Shown: positions 44,540 through 58,000 of the stretch, piece by piece
Layout: the number at the start of each line of letters is the position of its first letter
Position numbering within the stretch: position 1 is the first letter of the stretch
Notes under the pieces: model-generated
Databases searched by the model: none
Told to the model about the DNA's origin: nothing
What the model saw: only the letters and a program-made list of their open reading frames with translations
Assembly: GCF_018350175.1 (NCBI RefSeq)
Contig: NC_058368.1
Span: forward strand, 192,636,001 to 192,700,000
Direction of reading: 5' to 3'
From: Felis catus
Taxonomy: Eukaryota
Length of the DNA stretch: 64,000 nt
Made by a program: the position numbers and the translations under genes

Positions 44540-44720
44540 CCAAAGGCTGGCTCAGCCACTTACCAGGTTTGTGACTTTGATCAAGGTACTTAACCTCTCT
44601 GAGACTCAGTTTCCTCATCTGTAGAGGATTAAATGAGGCAGGCTGTGGGGGTGAGATACTGCATGTAAAGTGCTTACTTAGCACAAGACTTAGCACACAG
44701 TCCTAACAGTTACACACTCT
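44540..44720 (+). mobile_element. MIR SINE
   Basis: acttaacctctctgagactcagtttcctcatctgtaga. Confidence 0.75.
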
Positions 44721-44835
44721 TATGATTCATTCAGACATCTGGCTAATATTCATGGGGTCTCTGCTACATGCCAGACATGTGCTGGGCACACACGTGGCAA
44801 GTTTGCCAAGGCCCTTGTTCTCATGGAGGGGGAGT

Positions 44836-45335
44836 ATGGTGTGCAACCTCCAGGATGGCCCCCGGTGATCCTCGCTCTCTGGAGACACCTCCTTCCCGAA
44901 TGAGTCACATGAGGACTGAGCCGTGTAGCCAAAGGAAAACTGAAGAAGTGGTGGTCGTAGAAGACACTGTGGCTTCCACCTTCCTCCGTGGGGTCACTTG
45001 CTTTGGGGCACCTGGCTGCCATGTTGTGAGGACACTCGAGCAGCTCTGTGGAGAGGTCTAGGTGGTGAGGAGCTGGGGCCAACGTGCCAGCCAAGCTGAG
45101 TGAGCCGTCTTAGAAAGGGATCTATCAGGCCCAGTCCAGCCTTCAGATAACCATGGCCCTGGCTGATACCTCGACCACAACCTCACGATAGACTCGAGCA
45201 GAAATGTCCTGCTAAGCCACTCCCAAACCCCTGACCTGGTGTGGGTTTGTGTAACCTTGCGATACTGTCTATTACCGTTTGAAGAGGGTATGTTCAGGGG
45301 GATTTTTCTCTTGTGGCAGTAGATAATCACTACAG
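44836..45335 (+). mobile_element. MLT1F/G-like MaLR solo LTR
   Basis: atggcccccggtgatcctcgc...gctgccatgttgtgaggacactcgagcagc...ccagtccagccttcagat...cagtagataatcactaca. Confidence 0.75.
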
Positions 45336-47535
45336 AAAGCCAGTTGCAGATGGTGATGTGTGCTATAAGGAAGCCAAAGCAAGGTAACTGGAGAGACTCA
45401 TTGCCTGGATCTCTGAGAAGTGATGTTACCTACGCCAGTCAGGGATAGCCTCACTTAGAAGGGAAAATTAGATACAATACTTAGATAATGAGAAGGTAAA
45501 AGTAACATAAGGATCTGAGGGGTGAGAGAACAGGTGGCGAGAAAAGCAAGTGTAAAGGCCCTGAGGTAGGGCCAGGCTTGGTTGGCTTAATCCTTGAATG
45601 GAGGAAGCCAGAGGCCTGGAGCAGGAGCAGAGATGGGCGGGGAGGTCAGAGACAATCATAAGGGTCTTTCAGGGAAAAATAAGGAGGCTTCACCAAAAGT
45701 CTTCAGGGAGGGTGACGATATAATCCAATTTCTATTTTACGAAGAGGACTCTGCCTGAGGGGTGGAGAATGGGTTGTAGGGGGCAGGTGTGGGGGAGGGA
45801 AGGCCCAGAAGCTCTTGGAGATTGAGGCAGGTATGGCTTCGGGTTTGTGGGGGCTGTGGTGATAATGGTAGGGCCCAGCTGCACTCGGGACGTTATTGCT
45901 AATCTTATTCCCGTGTTTCCTTGTTTGTGAATGACAAGTAGGAGTGGGAACGTCTGTAACCCCAATTCTGTGCAAGAGACTATTTTCTGGGGATATTGGG
46001 GATCTGGCTTTATGTCTCAACCAATTCACAGGCTCTAGAAGGACTGCTTTTCCTCCTCATGCACCTGAGGGTCCTCAGTCCCCCATGACCCTCTGCCAGC
46101 CACTGTCTCCATCCCACCCCAGATGTGCTGTATCCCGGGCTTCCTGCAAGGGGACCTGTATGCATGAGGCTGCAGTGAGTGCAAGTGCTGCCTGGAGAAA
46201 TGCAATTATAGTCTGATCTTGGGGGAGAAAAAAAAAATTGAGCAAGTCAATAGAACAGAATATTGGTCTTGAGATAATGGGCTCCTGATGGTAGATTAAT
46301 GTCAAGGCCAAGCCAAGAAGTTTATTTTCAAAGCAGGAGATATTGATCAGGCGCCAGCCTCCCATAACAATAACTCTTCCTTTATACAAAATGACTGACG
46401 TGGAAGCGATGCTTTTGTCTGGCGGGTATCGCCCAGCTTGCCGCTGGGCCGCCCCTGTCTTCTGGGAGGCAGAGTGGCGCTGAACAGATGGGGGACACCT
46501 TACCCCACTCTATTTCTGACGGTCTCCTGGGCAGTTGACTAGGCTGGCGTCCAGCTCCCCTGACTCCATATTAAACTCACATTAGCTAACAAGGTTGTGT
46601 CTCCAGCTCTGCCTGGCAGGGAACCTTCCTTTACGTAGACAACGATCAATCTCCACATCCTTCTCTTTGCTGTGACCTCTGGTTTCTTTGGCCCTGACCA
46701 TGCTGGCCATCCGCCTAAAGGTTCCTGAGGGACCAGGGTGACCTTGATCTGCTGAGAGGTTTAAGGCATCCAAAACACCCGCAGATTCCCGAGACGTCCG
46801 GAGCCCAGAAGGAGTCCTAGCTTTAGACGATGGGTTTACTCCTCAGCTCCCCTGCCCTTCCCTGAGTGAGAACTGCCTTCAGAGACAGAGATATCTGTTT
46901 GTTCAGCTAAAGCTGCTTCCAATTCCTGAGTCCTCTTTGAGCACCTGAACAACCTGAAGAGGTATCTGGCAGGAGCCCAAGACTGGAGGGGACTCTCCCT
47001 CCAGGAACACAACAAAAGATGGAGGCACAGAATGGTGTCATGACTCCACCTGGGTGGCCAGAGGTGGTCTTGGATCCCAGGTCCCATGGTTCCAGTCATG
47101 GCCCAAGCCACCCACCTGTGCACCTCTAGGGTCCTCTCCTACCTTCCTTCACAACTGAGGCAACAGCCACACAAGACCCATGATGACCATGGCACAGGGG
47201 TTATGAGCACACAACCCTCTCCATTCCCAATGCCAACTTGTCCAGCCATGTGACCTGGCACAAGGCATTGACCTGGGGAGTGACAGTCTCCTCACCTGTG
47301 ACCTGGGCATGGCAGGTCACTACTACCTTGCAAGGCTGCTGAGATGGCATGAGACAGCTCATGAAAAGCACTCAGCTTAATGCCTGACCAAACGTACCAA
47401 ACGAAACTACGTTAGTCATTTCTGCTTGCAAAAGAACGAGAAATGCCACCACCTTGAAATTATACAGCATTTGCCCTTTTGCCCAACAGCATGTTTTTTT
47501 TTATCCTATGGCCTGATTTCCTAAATGGAAATCAT

Positions 47536-47741
47536 TCATTTTTGAGAGAGAGAGAAAGAGAGAGACAGAGCATGAGCGGGGAAGGAATAGAGAGAGACAG
47601 AGACACAGAATCTGAATGAAGCAGGCTCCAGGCTCTGAGCTGTCAGCCCAGAGCCCGATGCGGGGCTCAAACCCACAAACCGTGAAATCATGACCTGAGC
47701 CGAAGTCAGACACTTATCTGACTAAGCCACCTGGGTGCCCC
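47536..47741 (-). mobile_element. Can-SINE (SINEC_Fc-like)
   Basis: gcaggctccaggctctgagctgtcagcccagagcccgatgcggggctcaaacccac...gccacctgggtgcccc. Confidence 0.93.
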
Positions 47742-49154
47742 ATGAAGTTTTTCTAACTTACTTGGTGGCAGAACCTGTAACTGACTGGGAGAATGACAGG
47801 GCCAGGCAGGGCTGGGGCACAGTCATGGGGGCACCACTTGGGGCCTGGGTGCCCCAGGGTGTTCTCCTCTCCCCCAGGTATCACACCTGCGGGGAAAGAG
47901 TCCAGCTGATGGCAAAGAGAAGGGGGAGCAGCAGCCAGATCACATTTGGCTGGGACCCCATCACATTTGGATGGGGACACACACAGACCACCGAGATGAT
48001 GTACCTGCAACCCCTCTCTGCTGGCTTCCCTCCCTCCCTCTCTGTCAAGCCCCTTGCCAGCCTCCAAGCCCACAGGGGACACAGCTGCCTGCCTTGGGCG
48101 CCGTGTTGCTCTGCCTTGAGGAGTTTGCAAACACCCCGTCAGCTCATCTCTTGGTGCCTTTCTCCCCTGCGCAACAGCCTTCTCACTTCTCATGGAAGCA
48201 CTGTGCCACCAGACAAGTACAAATCTAATTGTAAAAGCTTGCTCCCTATTCATTTTCACTGCTGCTTTGATTTATTTTATTAGCAAACTTCTTTTGTGTG
48301 ATGACAGGCTTCATTACAGTGTCTATAAAAGACAATTACTTGCTCTTATCTCCTAAACTGAGGAGGGAAGAAACAAATGGTGATGTGCATCAGAAGACAC
48401 TCGGGGACCCAGAGACAGTGTGGCAGAAGGGCCCATCCTGTGAGGAAAACATGAGCCAGCAGGGGCCCTGGCGAAACCTCTCTCTGTCAAGGACATGGCT
48501 GCCTGGAAACCACCAGGCATGACTGGTCATCCTTCCTGCTGACGGCCAGGAGAAGACATGTCTTTTGCTTTTGGGATCTCAGCTGAGGACCCCTATGGAA
48601 TTCCAACCCTATTTAGTTGCACTTGGGGGACATAATATGATAATAGTTGCCACCAATTATTCTGCATTATCTGTGTGCTTAGAAGGTACATAGCGTTCCT
48701 GTTATGAACTCCATTCTGGAGTTAAGAACTGAGGTCTAATCCAGGCTCCTCAGCAAGCTTTGTGAGTCTGAAAGCCTCAGTTTCCCCATCTGCAAAATGG
48801 GATGAATTATGTGTGCCTGATAGGGCTGCGATGGGACTGGAATGATGTAATTCTGAAGCACAGAGGCTGTAAGCAATCCGTATAGTGTGATTTGGACACA
48901 TGGCAGCTGGGGGGCACTGGAGGCAGGCCATGCAGTTCCCCTCAGAGAAGAAATGGCGTCATATCCATGTCTTCTAGAAGTTCGCATGGTTTTGAATATA
49001 TTAGTTTGTTTTGAATAAGATACTGTTTCGGGGAGCTTACCAGCATCAAAGGACCTCACTCACGCTAGTTTGAGATATTTATAATGGTTACTGGATGCAG
49101 CTGGTGAAGAGTAGGAAAAAAACAATTTTACTTTATTTTTAAAAACCACTTGAA

Positions 49155-49810
49155 ATACAGATTTGAAGGGGTACATGCACCCTGATGTTTATAGCAGCAT
49201 TATCAACAACAGCCAAACGATGAAGAGAGCTGAAATGTCCATCGACTAATAAATGGATAAAGAAGATGTAGTGTGTGTGTATATGTATATATATACATAT
49301 ATATGTATATGTGTGTGTGTGTGTGTATGGGTGTGTATAGGTATATATACATGTATACATACATACATACATATATATACATATATACCTGTACACACAC
49401 ATACATACATATAGTGGAATATTAGTGACCAAAAAGAATGAAATCTTGCCATTTGCAATGATGTGGATGGAGCTACATGGTATTATGCTATGCAAATGAA
49501 GTCATCAGAGAAAGACAAATACCATATTTCACTCATATATGGAATTTAAGAAACAAAACAGATGAACATATGAGAAGGCGGGGAAAGAGGAGAGAGGGGA
49601 ACAAACCACAAGAGCCTCTTAATGATAAGAGAACAGATTGAGGGTTGATGGAGGCAGGTGGGTGGGGGATGGGCTCGATGGGTGGTGGGCACTAAGGAGG
49701 GCACTTGTGATGAGCACTGGGTGTCGAATGTACCTGATGAGTCACTGAATTCTTCTCCTGAAACCAATATTGCACTGTCTGTTAACTAACTAAATTTTAA
49801 ATAAAAAAAA
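49155..49810 (+). mobile_element. Carnivore L1 3' fragment
   Basis: End of ORF2 plus 3' UTR and A tail. 15-bp TSD TAAAAACCA(C/T)TTGAA at 49140-49154 and 49811-49825. Confidence 0.92.
49271..49412. repeat. Compound (TG)/(TA)/(CA) microsatellite inside L1
   Basis: Directly visible, ~140 bp of near-alternating purine-pyrimidine sequence. Confidence 0.95.
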
Positions 49811-50756
49811 TAAAAACCATTTGAATTTACTTCTAGGTTAATATATTATTTTATACAATATAGTTTTAAGCACATATGTGTATCTAAATGAATAAATGAA
49901 ATGTCTGACTAATTCAACAACATCCTTAGGTGTTTATAGACAAGTTGGCCAAAAAATGGGAGGTGGCTGCCTTACACCGGGGTTTTGTTGCTTAAACTAA
50001 TAAATGAATTTAGTCAAGTTGCAATTTCCCTGAGATGTGACTCATACTTGGGACAGAGCACTTTCATAACCACCCAGTCAGAGAGGTCCTATCATACCTT
50101 TTACGTGCGAGGAAGCTGAGGCCTTGCGATATAAGTGCCTTCCCCGAGGTCCCTCAGCTCATAAATGGCAGAGTCCAGAGTGGAATCTGGGGCTGGGTCC
50201 CCCCAGAACTAGGCAGCTCTGAGACCTCCAGGCAGACTGTACCTTCCTGGTTTGATCTTTCTTAAGCCTGGTCTAGACCCTATTACGGTCTTCTGCCAAG
50301 ACCCCTGTCAGCACCTGTATTGCCTACAGAATGAACGGGCACCCCTGGCTTGCAAATAAGGCTCTCTGCCATCTGTTCTTCTCTTGATCACTTCTGGCCC
50401 TCTCCACATCCCCCGGACTCGTGTTGCGGATGCTGAGAACCAGCTGCGGTGCGTTCACTTGTCTGTGGTGTTGGGCGCCGTCCTTCTCTTCCCATCAATA
50501 ACGCAGCCCATACAAACATTCATTCACTCATTCATTTACACTGTCATTGGGCAGCGTTGCTCTAAAACCCTGTCAGAAGAAATGGAACAGAAACTCGCTG
50601 TCAAGGGTGGACCCAATGACCCGAACCTGATGATGTAACAGGGGGAAGGTGCTGGGACATGCTGACCAATTGCCAAGCAGTCTACCCATTTGCTCTGTCC
50701 TTCCACGTCCAAGCCTGAGAACATTCTCCGTACAAGACCCCACGTATTCATTGCCG

Positions 50757-50942
50757 CCATAATCCTCACCCTTGTGAGCATCAGAATCATCTGGAAAGCT
50801 GGTTAAAATACAGACTGCTAGGGCCCCACCCCGAGGGTGTCTGACTCAGCAGGTCTGGGGTGGAGACTGAGAATCTGCATGTCTAACAAGTTCTCAGATG
50901 CTGCTGCAAAGGCTGGTCTGAGGACCACACATTGAGGACCAG
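50757..50942 (+). mobile_element. MER5A (hAT-Charlie)
   Basis: gcatcagaatcatctggaaagctggttaaaatacagactgctagggccccacccc...gaatctgcatgtctaacaagttctcag...gaggaccacacattgagga. Confidence 0.82.
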
Positions 50943-51219
50943 TACATGCTGGAATAGTGACAACCCCTCTCAGGATAATGGTATATCCTGTCACACAGAC
51001 AGCCCTGTAAGTTTCGAGTTCTTAGTGCCCTTGTAGATGAGAAGATACAGGTTCAGCAGAAAGGGCAAGTGAGCTGTCCAAGGTCTCACTGAAAGTTCAT
51101 TCCAAAGCTGGGCCTGGAGCCAAGGTCTTCGGCCTCTGTCTTGTCAGCCTCAAAGCTCTTTCCACTCCTGTCTTCTTGTAACTGCAGCCTGACCGCATCA
51201 ACCACAACGATGCAAACAT

Positions 51220-51450
51220 TAACAGCTACCGTTTATTGATCATTTATTACATGCCAGGCACTGAGCTAAGGTTTTAACACAGTTTGACTAACATCACACT
51301 CACATTCATGCTATGAAGTAAAGATTATTCTATCCCCATTTTATACCTATGAAGTCCAGAGAGATTAGGCCACTTCCCCAAGGTCACACAGCAACCAGCT
51401 AATCAAGTCTGCACCAGAACCCAGGGGGTTTGATTCTGAAGGCCATGTAC
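51220..51450 (-). mobile_element. MIR SINE
   Basis: tttattgatcatttattacatgccaggcactgagctaagg...tatccccattttatac...cccaaggtcacacagc. Confidence 0.75.
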
Positions 51451-53294
51451 TTCATCTGATGGTGTTCAATGGTGTTCTAACATAAGGGTTCCGGTCAGAA
51501 CAGCTACCACTTACCAAGTGCCTCCTTTTTGCCTGGCTCTAAGCCAGATGAATGTTTCATGCCATTTAGTTCTTAGAACAAAGCTCTGAAGAAGTTATTA
51601 TCTCCATTTTTAGCAACGAAAGATGGAGGCATGGACACAGGTATGTGCTGGTTGGGAAGCCATGGATGACAGATGACCCTTGGGCCTTTGAGCCACCTTC
51701 CTGGAGGAATGGTGGGAGATGCAGGCCTCCACAGACATATTCATGGAATTTCAAAGGGCTTGCTGAGAGTCATGAGCAGAATGCTCTCTCTGCTCCCAGC
51801 AGGCGGCTCTTGGGAAGCCTGGGCACCTGTAGCCAGGAGGAAAATGCTGCACGCGGCAGAGCACGTTTGCGGTATCCTCGGATAGCTTAGCCAAAGAAAG
51901 AATTAGCACCAGGTTCTCAGCAGCAACTCTGCAGCTGGTCTGAGTCAGGTGGTGGGGTGGGGGAGTGGGTAAGTGATGGGATGGGGGAGGTGTTGCCATG
52001 CAGGTCCTTGGATGGTAGCCCCAGATCACCTTCTGCCCCTTGGGCTGAGCATTTTTCCCTCCTGAGCAGCAACGCAACTCCCCTCGGGGCTGGTGCTGAC
52101 TTCTGGACCCTTCCTGTAAAAAGGGCCTCTGTCTAGGCTGGGCCCACCTTTCCTCCACCCCTCCCACGGGTGGAATGAGTTTAGAGTCAGGACATGTGGG
52201 ATTTAGCTCCGGCACTGCCACCTTCTAGCCGAGGGACCCTGGTCCAGTCACGGAACCATTAAGGGTATTAGGCCATTACATCACCTGTACCCAGTTTCTG
52301 GTGTGCTCCTGCCTTCTTTTCACACTATTTCACTTACTCCTCCTGACGACGCCATGAGTTTTACAGAAGGAAAGCCTGAGAGTTTTCTCATTTAAAATCT
52401 GCCCCAAAGCTGCAGCCTGAGACTGGGTTGGGCTTTGACAGCTACGTCAAACAAAGCAAACCCAGGGGCCCTGATACCTCCTGCCTCTGCTGGGATGGGT
52501 TTCCTCGTGGAACAAGACTGTCCCCTGTCCCCTCATGTGGCATTTCATGACTCCCTCGCTCACATGGACCTGCCCCATGGGACCCTCAGGGAGGAGCCAC
52601 TGCCTCCTCAGGCCCACCCTGCAGAGCTACGCTCCCGTCCTTCCCTAGGGTGTCCTCGCTGTCACTCCCTTCTCTGGAGGCCTCCCTTGGCGGGGGGTGG
52701 TGGTGGTGGACTCTCATGCCTGAACTTGCAAATGGCCCAAACACAGCACTGGGATGTATATGGTGGGGCGGGGGATTCTGGAAGGGCTGAAAAACCATTT
52801 TTCCTTCTTAGTTTAAAAAAAAAAAAATCTTCTTTCTTTCTTTATAGAAGTGATATGTACTTATGATGAACATATTCATTGATATAGAAATAGTAGAAGG
52901 GGACAGCTGCACCCTGGAGCCCTCCCGCCCCCCCCCCCCCCAACACCACAAGGAACAGGACACTTTCATGGCATGCTGGGTCAGAGCACAGGCTCAGTCT
53001 GAAATCCCCGCTCCAGCCGTGTGAGTTTGTGGAAGTGACTTAACCCAAGCCTCAGTTTCCTCATCTACAACACGGAGAAAGTGAGAGCACCGCCTCGGGT
53101 GTCTCATGAAAATTAAATGACCATGCATGTAGAGTGCCGTGCACAGAGCCTCACACATTACTGGTGTGAGTGACCAGCAAACACCAGCTGCTAGAAGGAT
53201 ACTCTCAGGGTTTTTGTTTGCTGGTTTGCCTTCATCATATATTTAAACACCAAACATGGGATCATATTATATACATATACTATTTTTCATTTCT

Positions 53295-53468
53295 TTTTTT
53301 TAATTTTGAGAGATAGAGACAGAGCATGAGCATTGAAGGGTCAGAGACGGAGAGAGAGAATCCCAAGCAGGCACAGAGCCTGACATGGGGCTTGAGACCA
53401 CGAACCCTGAGATCGTGACCTGAGCCGAAATCAAGACATGCTCAACCGACTGAGTCACCAGGCACCCC
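53295..53468 (-). mobile_element. Can-SINE
   Basis: Perfect 18-bp TSD ATACTATTTTTCATTTCT at 53277-53294 and 53470-53487. Confidence 0.93.
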
Positions 53469-54539
53469 GATACTATTTTTCATTTCTGTTTAAACTTAAC
53501 TTTGGAGGCATCTGGTCTTTTAATATCATATTCCATTGTTTAGATGTGCTTTTATTTATTCCCTAAGGATGTACATTTGGGTCCTGTCAATCTTCCCCCA
53601 TTGTAAGTAAGGCCTCAACAAATAACTTCTACCCAAATCTCTGCTCATCTTTGCAGTTGTCTCCCTTGGATAAACTCCTGGGTGTGGAATTTTGGGTCAA
53701 AGAATGTGCTTGCTTTGGTACATAACAGATTTAGCCAAATTGCTATTAACAAGAGGAATCCACTTATACCACTGCAAAGCCCACACCTTTCTTATGCCAG
53801 CTCATCCGTACTGTCCGGTGGAAGCATCCTGTCTCCTGGATCTCAGAGATGAAGATGTCCTAACCCTGGCCTCCTAAGGACACTGTGCAGTCCAGTTCCT
53901 GGCTCGTTCTACTGCCACCACCTCTAATCCAAACCACGCTTGCACCTGTGTAAGTCAAGGGACTTTCCCCACAGCATCGTATCCGATCCTCTCTCACGGG
54001 GCAGGTAGGAATGCTGTATCAGCACTGTCTGGGATGTGAGGGCCAAAGAGGTCAAGCGATTGGTCCAGGATCCCCAGATGGATGAACAGATGGATGGAAA
54101 GCCAAGATGAGAAGCCAGTGCCCTGCCTTCTCACCGAGTACCCTTCCCACAACACCACCACTACCAAAAGGTGTTGAGGTAAGTCTAGGAAGAGCGGGGC
54201 AAAGGAAGTTTTATCAGATACAAATTGATGCCACTAACAGTTATTTAAAACACCTACTGTGGGCCACACACTGGGTATAGAAATGGCCTCCAGGGAACTC
54301 AGAGGCCAGTGGGTAAGACAGGTCACCCGTTGGGTCACAATTAACATGAGGAATTCAGAGCTAAGCCAGGAGTAACGTTGGGGTGGAGCCTCGTTAGCAC
54401 AGGCAGCTCAGGTAAGGCTAAGTGGGGGCCTCTCAGACTAAGGAAAGGCATTTCCAGAAGAGTGAACAGTGCCTGCTTCCAAAGATGACCGGACGCACGA
54501 GCCTGGGGCTTGTGAGCAGCTCCATATGGCTGTGCAGAC

Positions 54540-55010
54540 ACATCTGTGTGGACGTCTGTGGTTTGCCCTGCCCCACATTCATTCCCCTTCTAGAAACAAT
54601 GACTGGGCTTTCGTTTGGGGAACCAGCTCATCTCCACTTTCCGGTCTCCAGGATGGACATGTGACTGCAGCTGACCAATCAGAACATGGCTCAGGGATGG
54701 GCAAGGAACCAGCAGGCCAGTGAGAATCACCTTGGGGACTTCTACAGGAAGGATAGGAAAGATAAACTCTCTTTCCAGTGGGATGCTGGGTCCACAGAGA
54801 GAAAGCCTGACCTGAACAGGAAGCCAACCGAGATGAAAGTTGTGCCAAGGGACTGAGAGAGACGGAGACCGGATGAGATGGGTTAGTCTCTGGATCCAGC
54901 CAGGCCTGGAGGGTCTGCCCTGGAATTTCAACTGTGTGAGCCAACTGATTCTGATTTTTGCCTTCAATCAGATGACTAGGGTCATCTGTAACCAAGAGTG
55001 CAGACTAATG
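54540..55010 (+). mobile_element. ERVL-MaLR solo LTR (MLT1 family)
   Basis: cattcattccccttctagaaac...catgtgactgcagctgaccaatcaga...tctggatccagccaggcctgg...tctgtaaccaagagtgcagactaatgca. Confidence 0.65.
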
Positions 55011-58000
55011 CAATGCGGTAAGAGGATGGAGGGTGGAGAAATGAGCAGGGGTCAGCTCACAGAGGCAGGTACAGGCGGGCTCTGGAGTTAAAGATTTAAC
55101 CTGCCACCAGAACTGGGAAGATTCTAACCGCCAAACAGGAGAACTTCCGTGGTGTGACTGTGCCTTTTGGAAACAATATGTCTCCTGGCTGAAAGAGTGT
55201 GTTGGGGTGGGGTGGGGGGATCAATGACTCTTCCAGAAATTTCAGAGCCTTAGAATACCTTTTCTAGGGTTTTCCCATCAGGATAGATGGCCTAGTCTGG
55301 AATTGGAGCCAAATTATTAATTCATCAGTCCTGATGCCACATATCAATTTATCTTAATTTCTGAAAATGCACTCAGGCCTTTCAGACCAGTCTCTTTTGT
55401 CCATCACCAGGAAGAAAGGGGTCTTAGCAGAGATTAAGCGGAGGGAATATGGCCCTTTGAAAATGCTCCGCTCTGGCTGAAATGAACACCCACATTTCAG
55501 GGAGGCGTCTCTGGCGGATGAATGGGCTTGCCTGTCTCCTCCGCACTGTGGCAGGCTTTCCACAGGGGCTCGGGAGACAAAGCACAGGCAGATGGACCGC
55601 CACGGGCTCTGGGAACCCATGTTCTCAAAGACAGGACAGAGAAAACTGAGGGAGGAAAGTCTCCCTTCCAGACCTGGGAGCCTCCTCATTACGCAGAGCC
55701 CTTTCCCCTCGAGAGTGAAGGACATTAATTGGATCAAATGGAAACAGGAGCCAGCCGCCTCCCCCCCTCCCGGACGAGAGATTTCCAATATGGCTTCATT
55801 ACCAAGTCTTTTGTAAATAAACTGTGTGGAGAAAAATGCCATTTGTTCTGCTGTAATTGCCTGATGAGCATCATTAGATAGGTCTTTGAAACACACAGAA
55901 TGAAATCATTTTGGGTTTGGGAATTCCTTTGTGCAACTCCTTCTCCATTCACTATTCTCCACAGAGGGTGTTTCTGAAGGGGGACTTCTTGACCATGGAG
56001 GCTGGTTTCTGGCCAGCGATCTACCTGCTCTGAGTGTGTCACAAACACATATTTATTCAGTGCCTCCTCAATGTCAGGCAATCCTTTCGGTACCTGGGAC
56101 ACAGCAGTGAGTGAAACACACAAACAATCCTACCCTATCGAAGTTGACATTCTGGTGAGCACTCAGAACACAGGTGTGCCCATTTCTGGGCACACTTGGC
56201 AGAGAACTTGATAAATCAAGTTTGCTCGATGGCTGTATTGACAAACTGTGAAGTTAAAAGTCCTTTGATTCCTTGTGTGTGATTGCACCGTACCCATAAG
56301 GATGCGACATTTGGAAAGCTAGACTGCACCGGGCTATGGATACCCAATGACATCTGTGCCATCACCTGCCAGACCTGCACCCATGGCAGACATCACTCAT
56401 CAGTCACCACCCTCATTCTGATCAGCTTGGATGCAGCTTCAGAATACATATCAACACCGCGCTGGGTCGCCCCTATCCCAGAGCAGATCAGAGATGGCTG
56501 GGAGAGGAAATCTATTTGCTGCTTCTCACTTAGACGGTCATTAATTCACTTCACTGAGAGGCTGTAGAATATCCCAGTAAATTAAGAACGAGCCCAGGAG
56601 GAGGCAAAAACAGAAGAAAGGGGGGAAAGACCACTGCCAACTTCTCAGGCTAGTTTCCCTCTCTAGTGTTCTCTCCTGTCCCTAAAGAGGCCCAGGAAAC
56701 GTGGCAGGTCACAACGCAGGCTTTGCAGTCAGGCCCCCCTGCGGTCAGGTCCTGGTTCCGCTATTTCCACCTGTGTGGGGCCTTGGGCTGAGCCCCTCGT
56801 GTCTTCCTGTGAAATGGGTATAATGATGACACCGCTCTGCTAGGGTTGCTGAGAGGATTAAAAAGGCCAACACGTGTCAAGGGCTTGGCATAGGGTCCCG
56901 TCAGCTCCGAACAGGGCTGAAATTCAGCTGTTGTGGACCAGAGCTGACACAGACTTGTGTCCAGCTGGTATCCACTCTGACTGGTTGGTGCCTGGGCCGC
57001 CATTGCCATTAAATACTTTGAACACCAACCCTGGACGCGAGTGTTGGTTAGGTTAGGGGCTGGTCCCCTTCGGGGAGACAACTTCAGAACTCTGGAAGTA
57101 AAACAGACACAGACCGCCCTTCAAACCCAAACGATGTTTTGGTCGTTCTTGAGTTCTTTTCTTGCTACTCAAGAATTTATGTTCCCTAGTTCTGAACTGC
57201 TCAACCAGAGGTGTACATGGTGATGGCAATGATGTCAATAACGAACATAATCTTTGGGACGTTGTTAGGAAGCACCCAACTGTTATGGTCGCATTTAATC
57301 CTCTGAACAACCCCGTGAAGATTCAAGTATCATTAAGCAGATTTTGTGGCAGCACAAACCGAGGCTCAGTGAGGTGGGCCTTCCTTGTCTGAGATCACAT
57401 AGTCTGTTGCAAGTGGCAGGGCCGGGATCTGACTCCAGCACCGAAGTCTCAATCACGGTGTCCCGCCTAAAAAGTTGATGCCCGATTCGGGGGGCATCAG
57501 GGTTGTGTATTCACAGGGCTCGGCCCAGTAGTGGTGCCGCTGGCCATCCCTCGCGGGCTGGGGGTATGCCCTTCCAGGGGCCCTGGGGATGCAGACGCAG
57601 ACCCTGGACAGACGTAAGGGGGCACGGGACAAGCTAAGCCTCCCCTCAGAGGGACTGAGCCTCTGTTCGTCACCTGAGACCAATATGGAATCCCACAAAT
57701 GAAGGGGAGGAAGTGGCCCCAGAAGGGTGGGTGGCTAACTAGTAACCACCACGTCCTCAACTACCATTGTCAGCAAGCTTCTACAGCACATGGGCTGGTC
57801 TGATAGAGTAAATATTTACTCACTGGATCTTGAATAGTTTCTACCCATTTTTAATTGCTGGCTGTGTCCCGGGGTTGCATGTTAAACACTTCTAAGATAT
57901 TATCTCGTTCGCTCTTTGCAATAGCTCTGGAAGACAGGTAGTATTATTATTCTGTCATTTCAGACAAGGAGAGAAAGCTAATCTAAACTTGCCCCAAATC

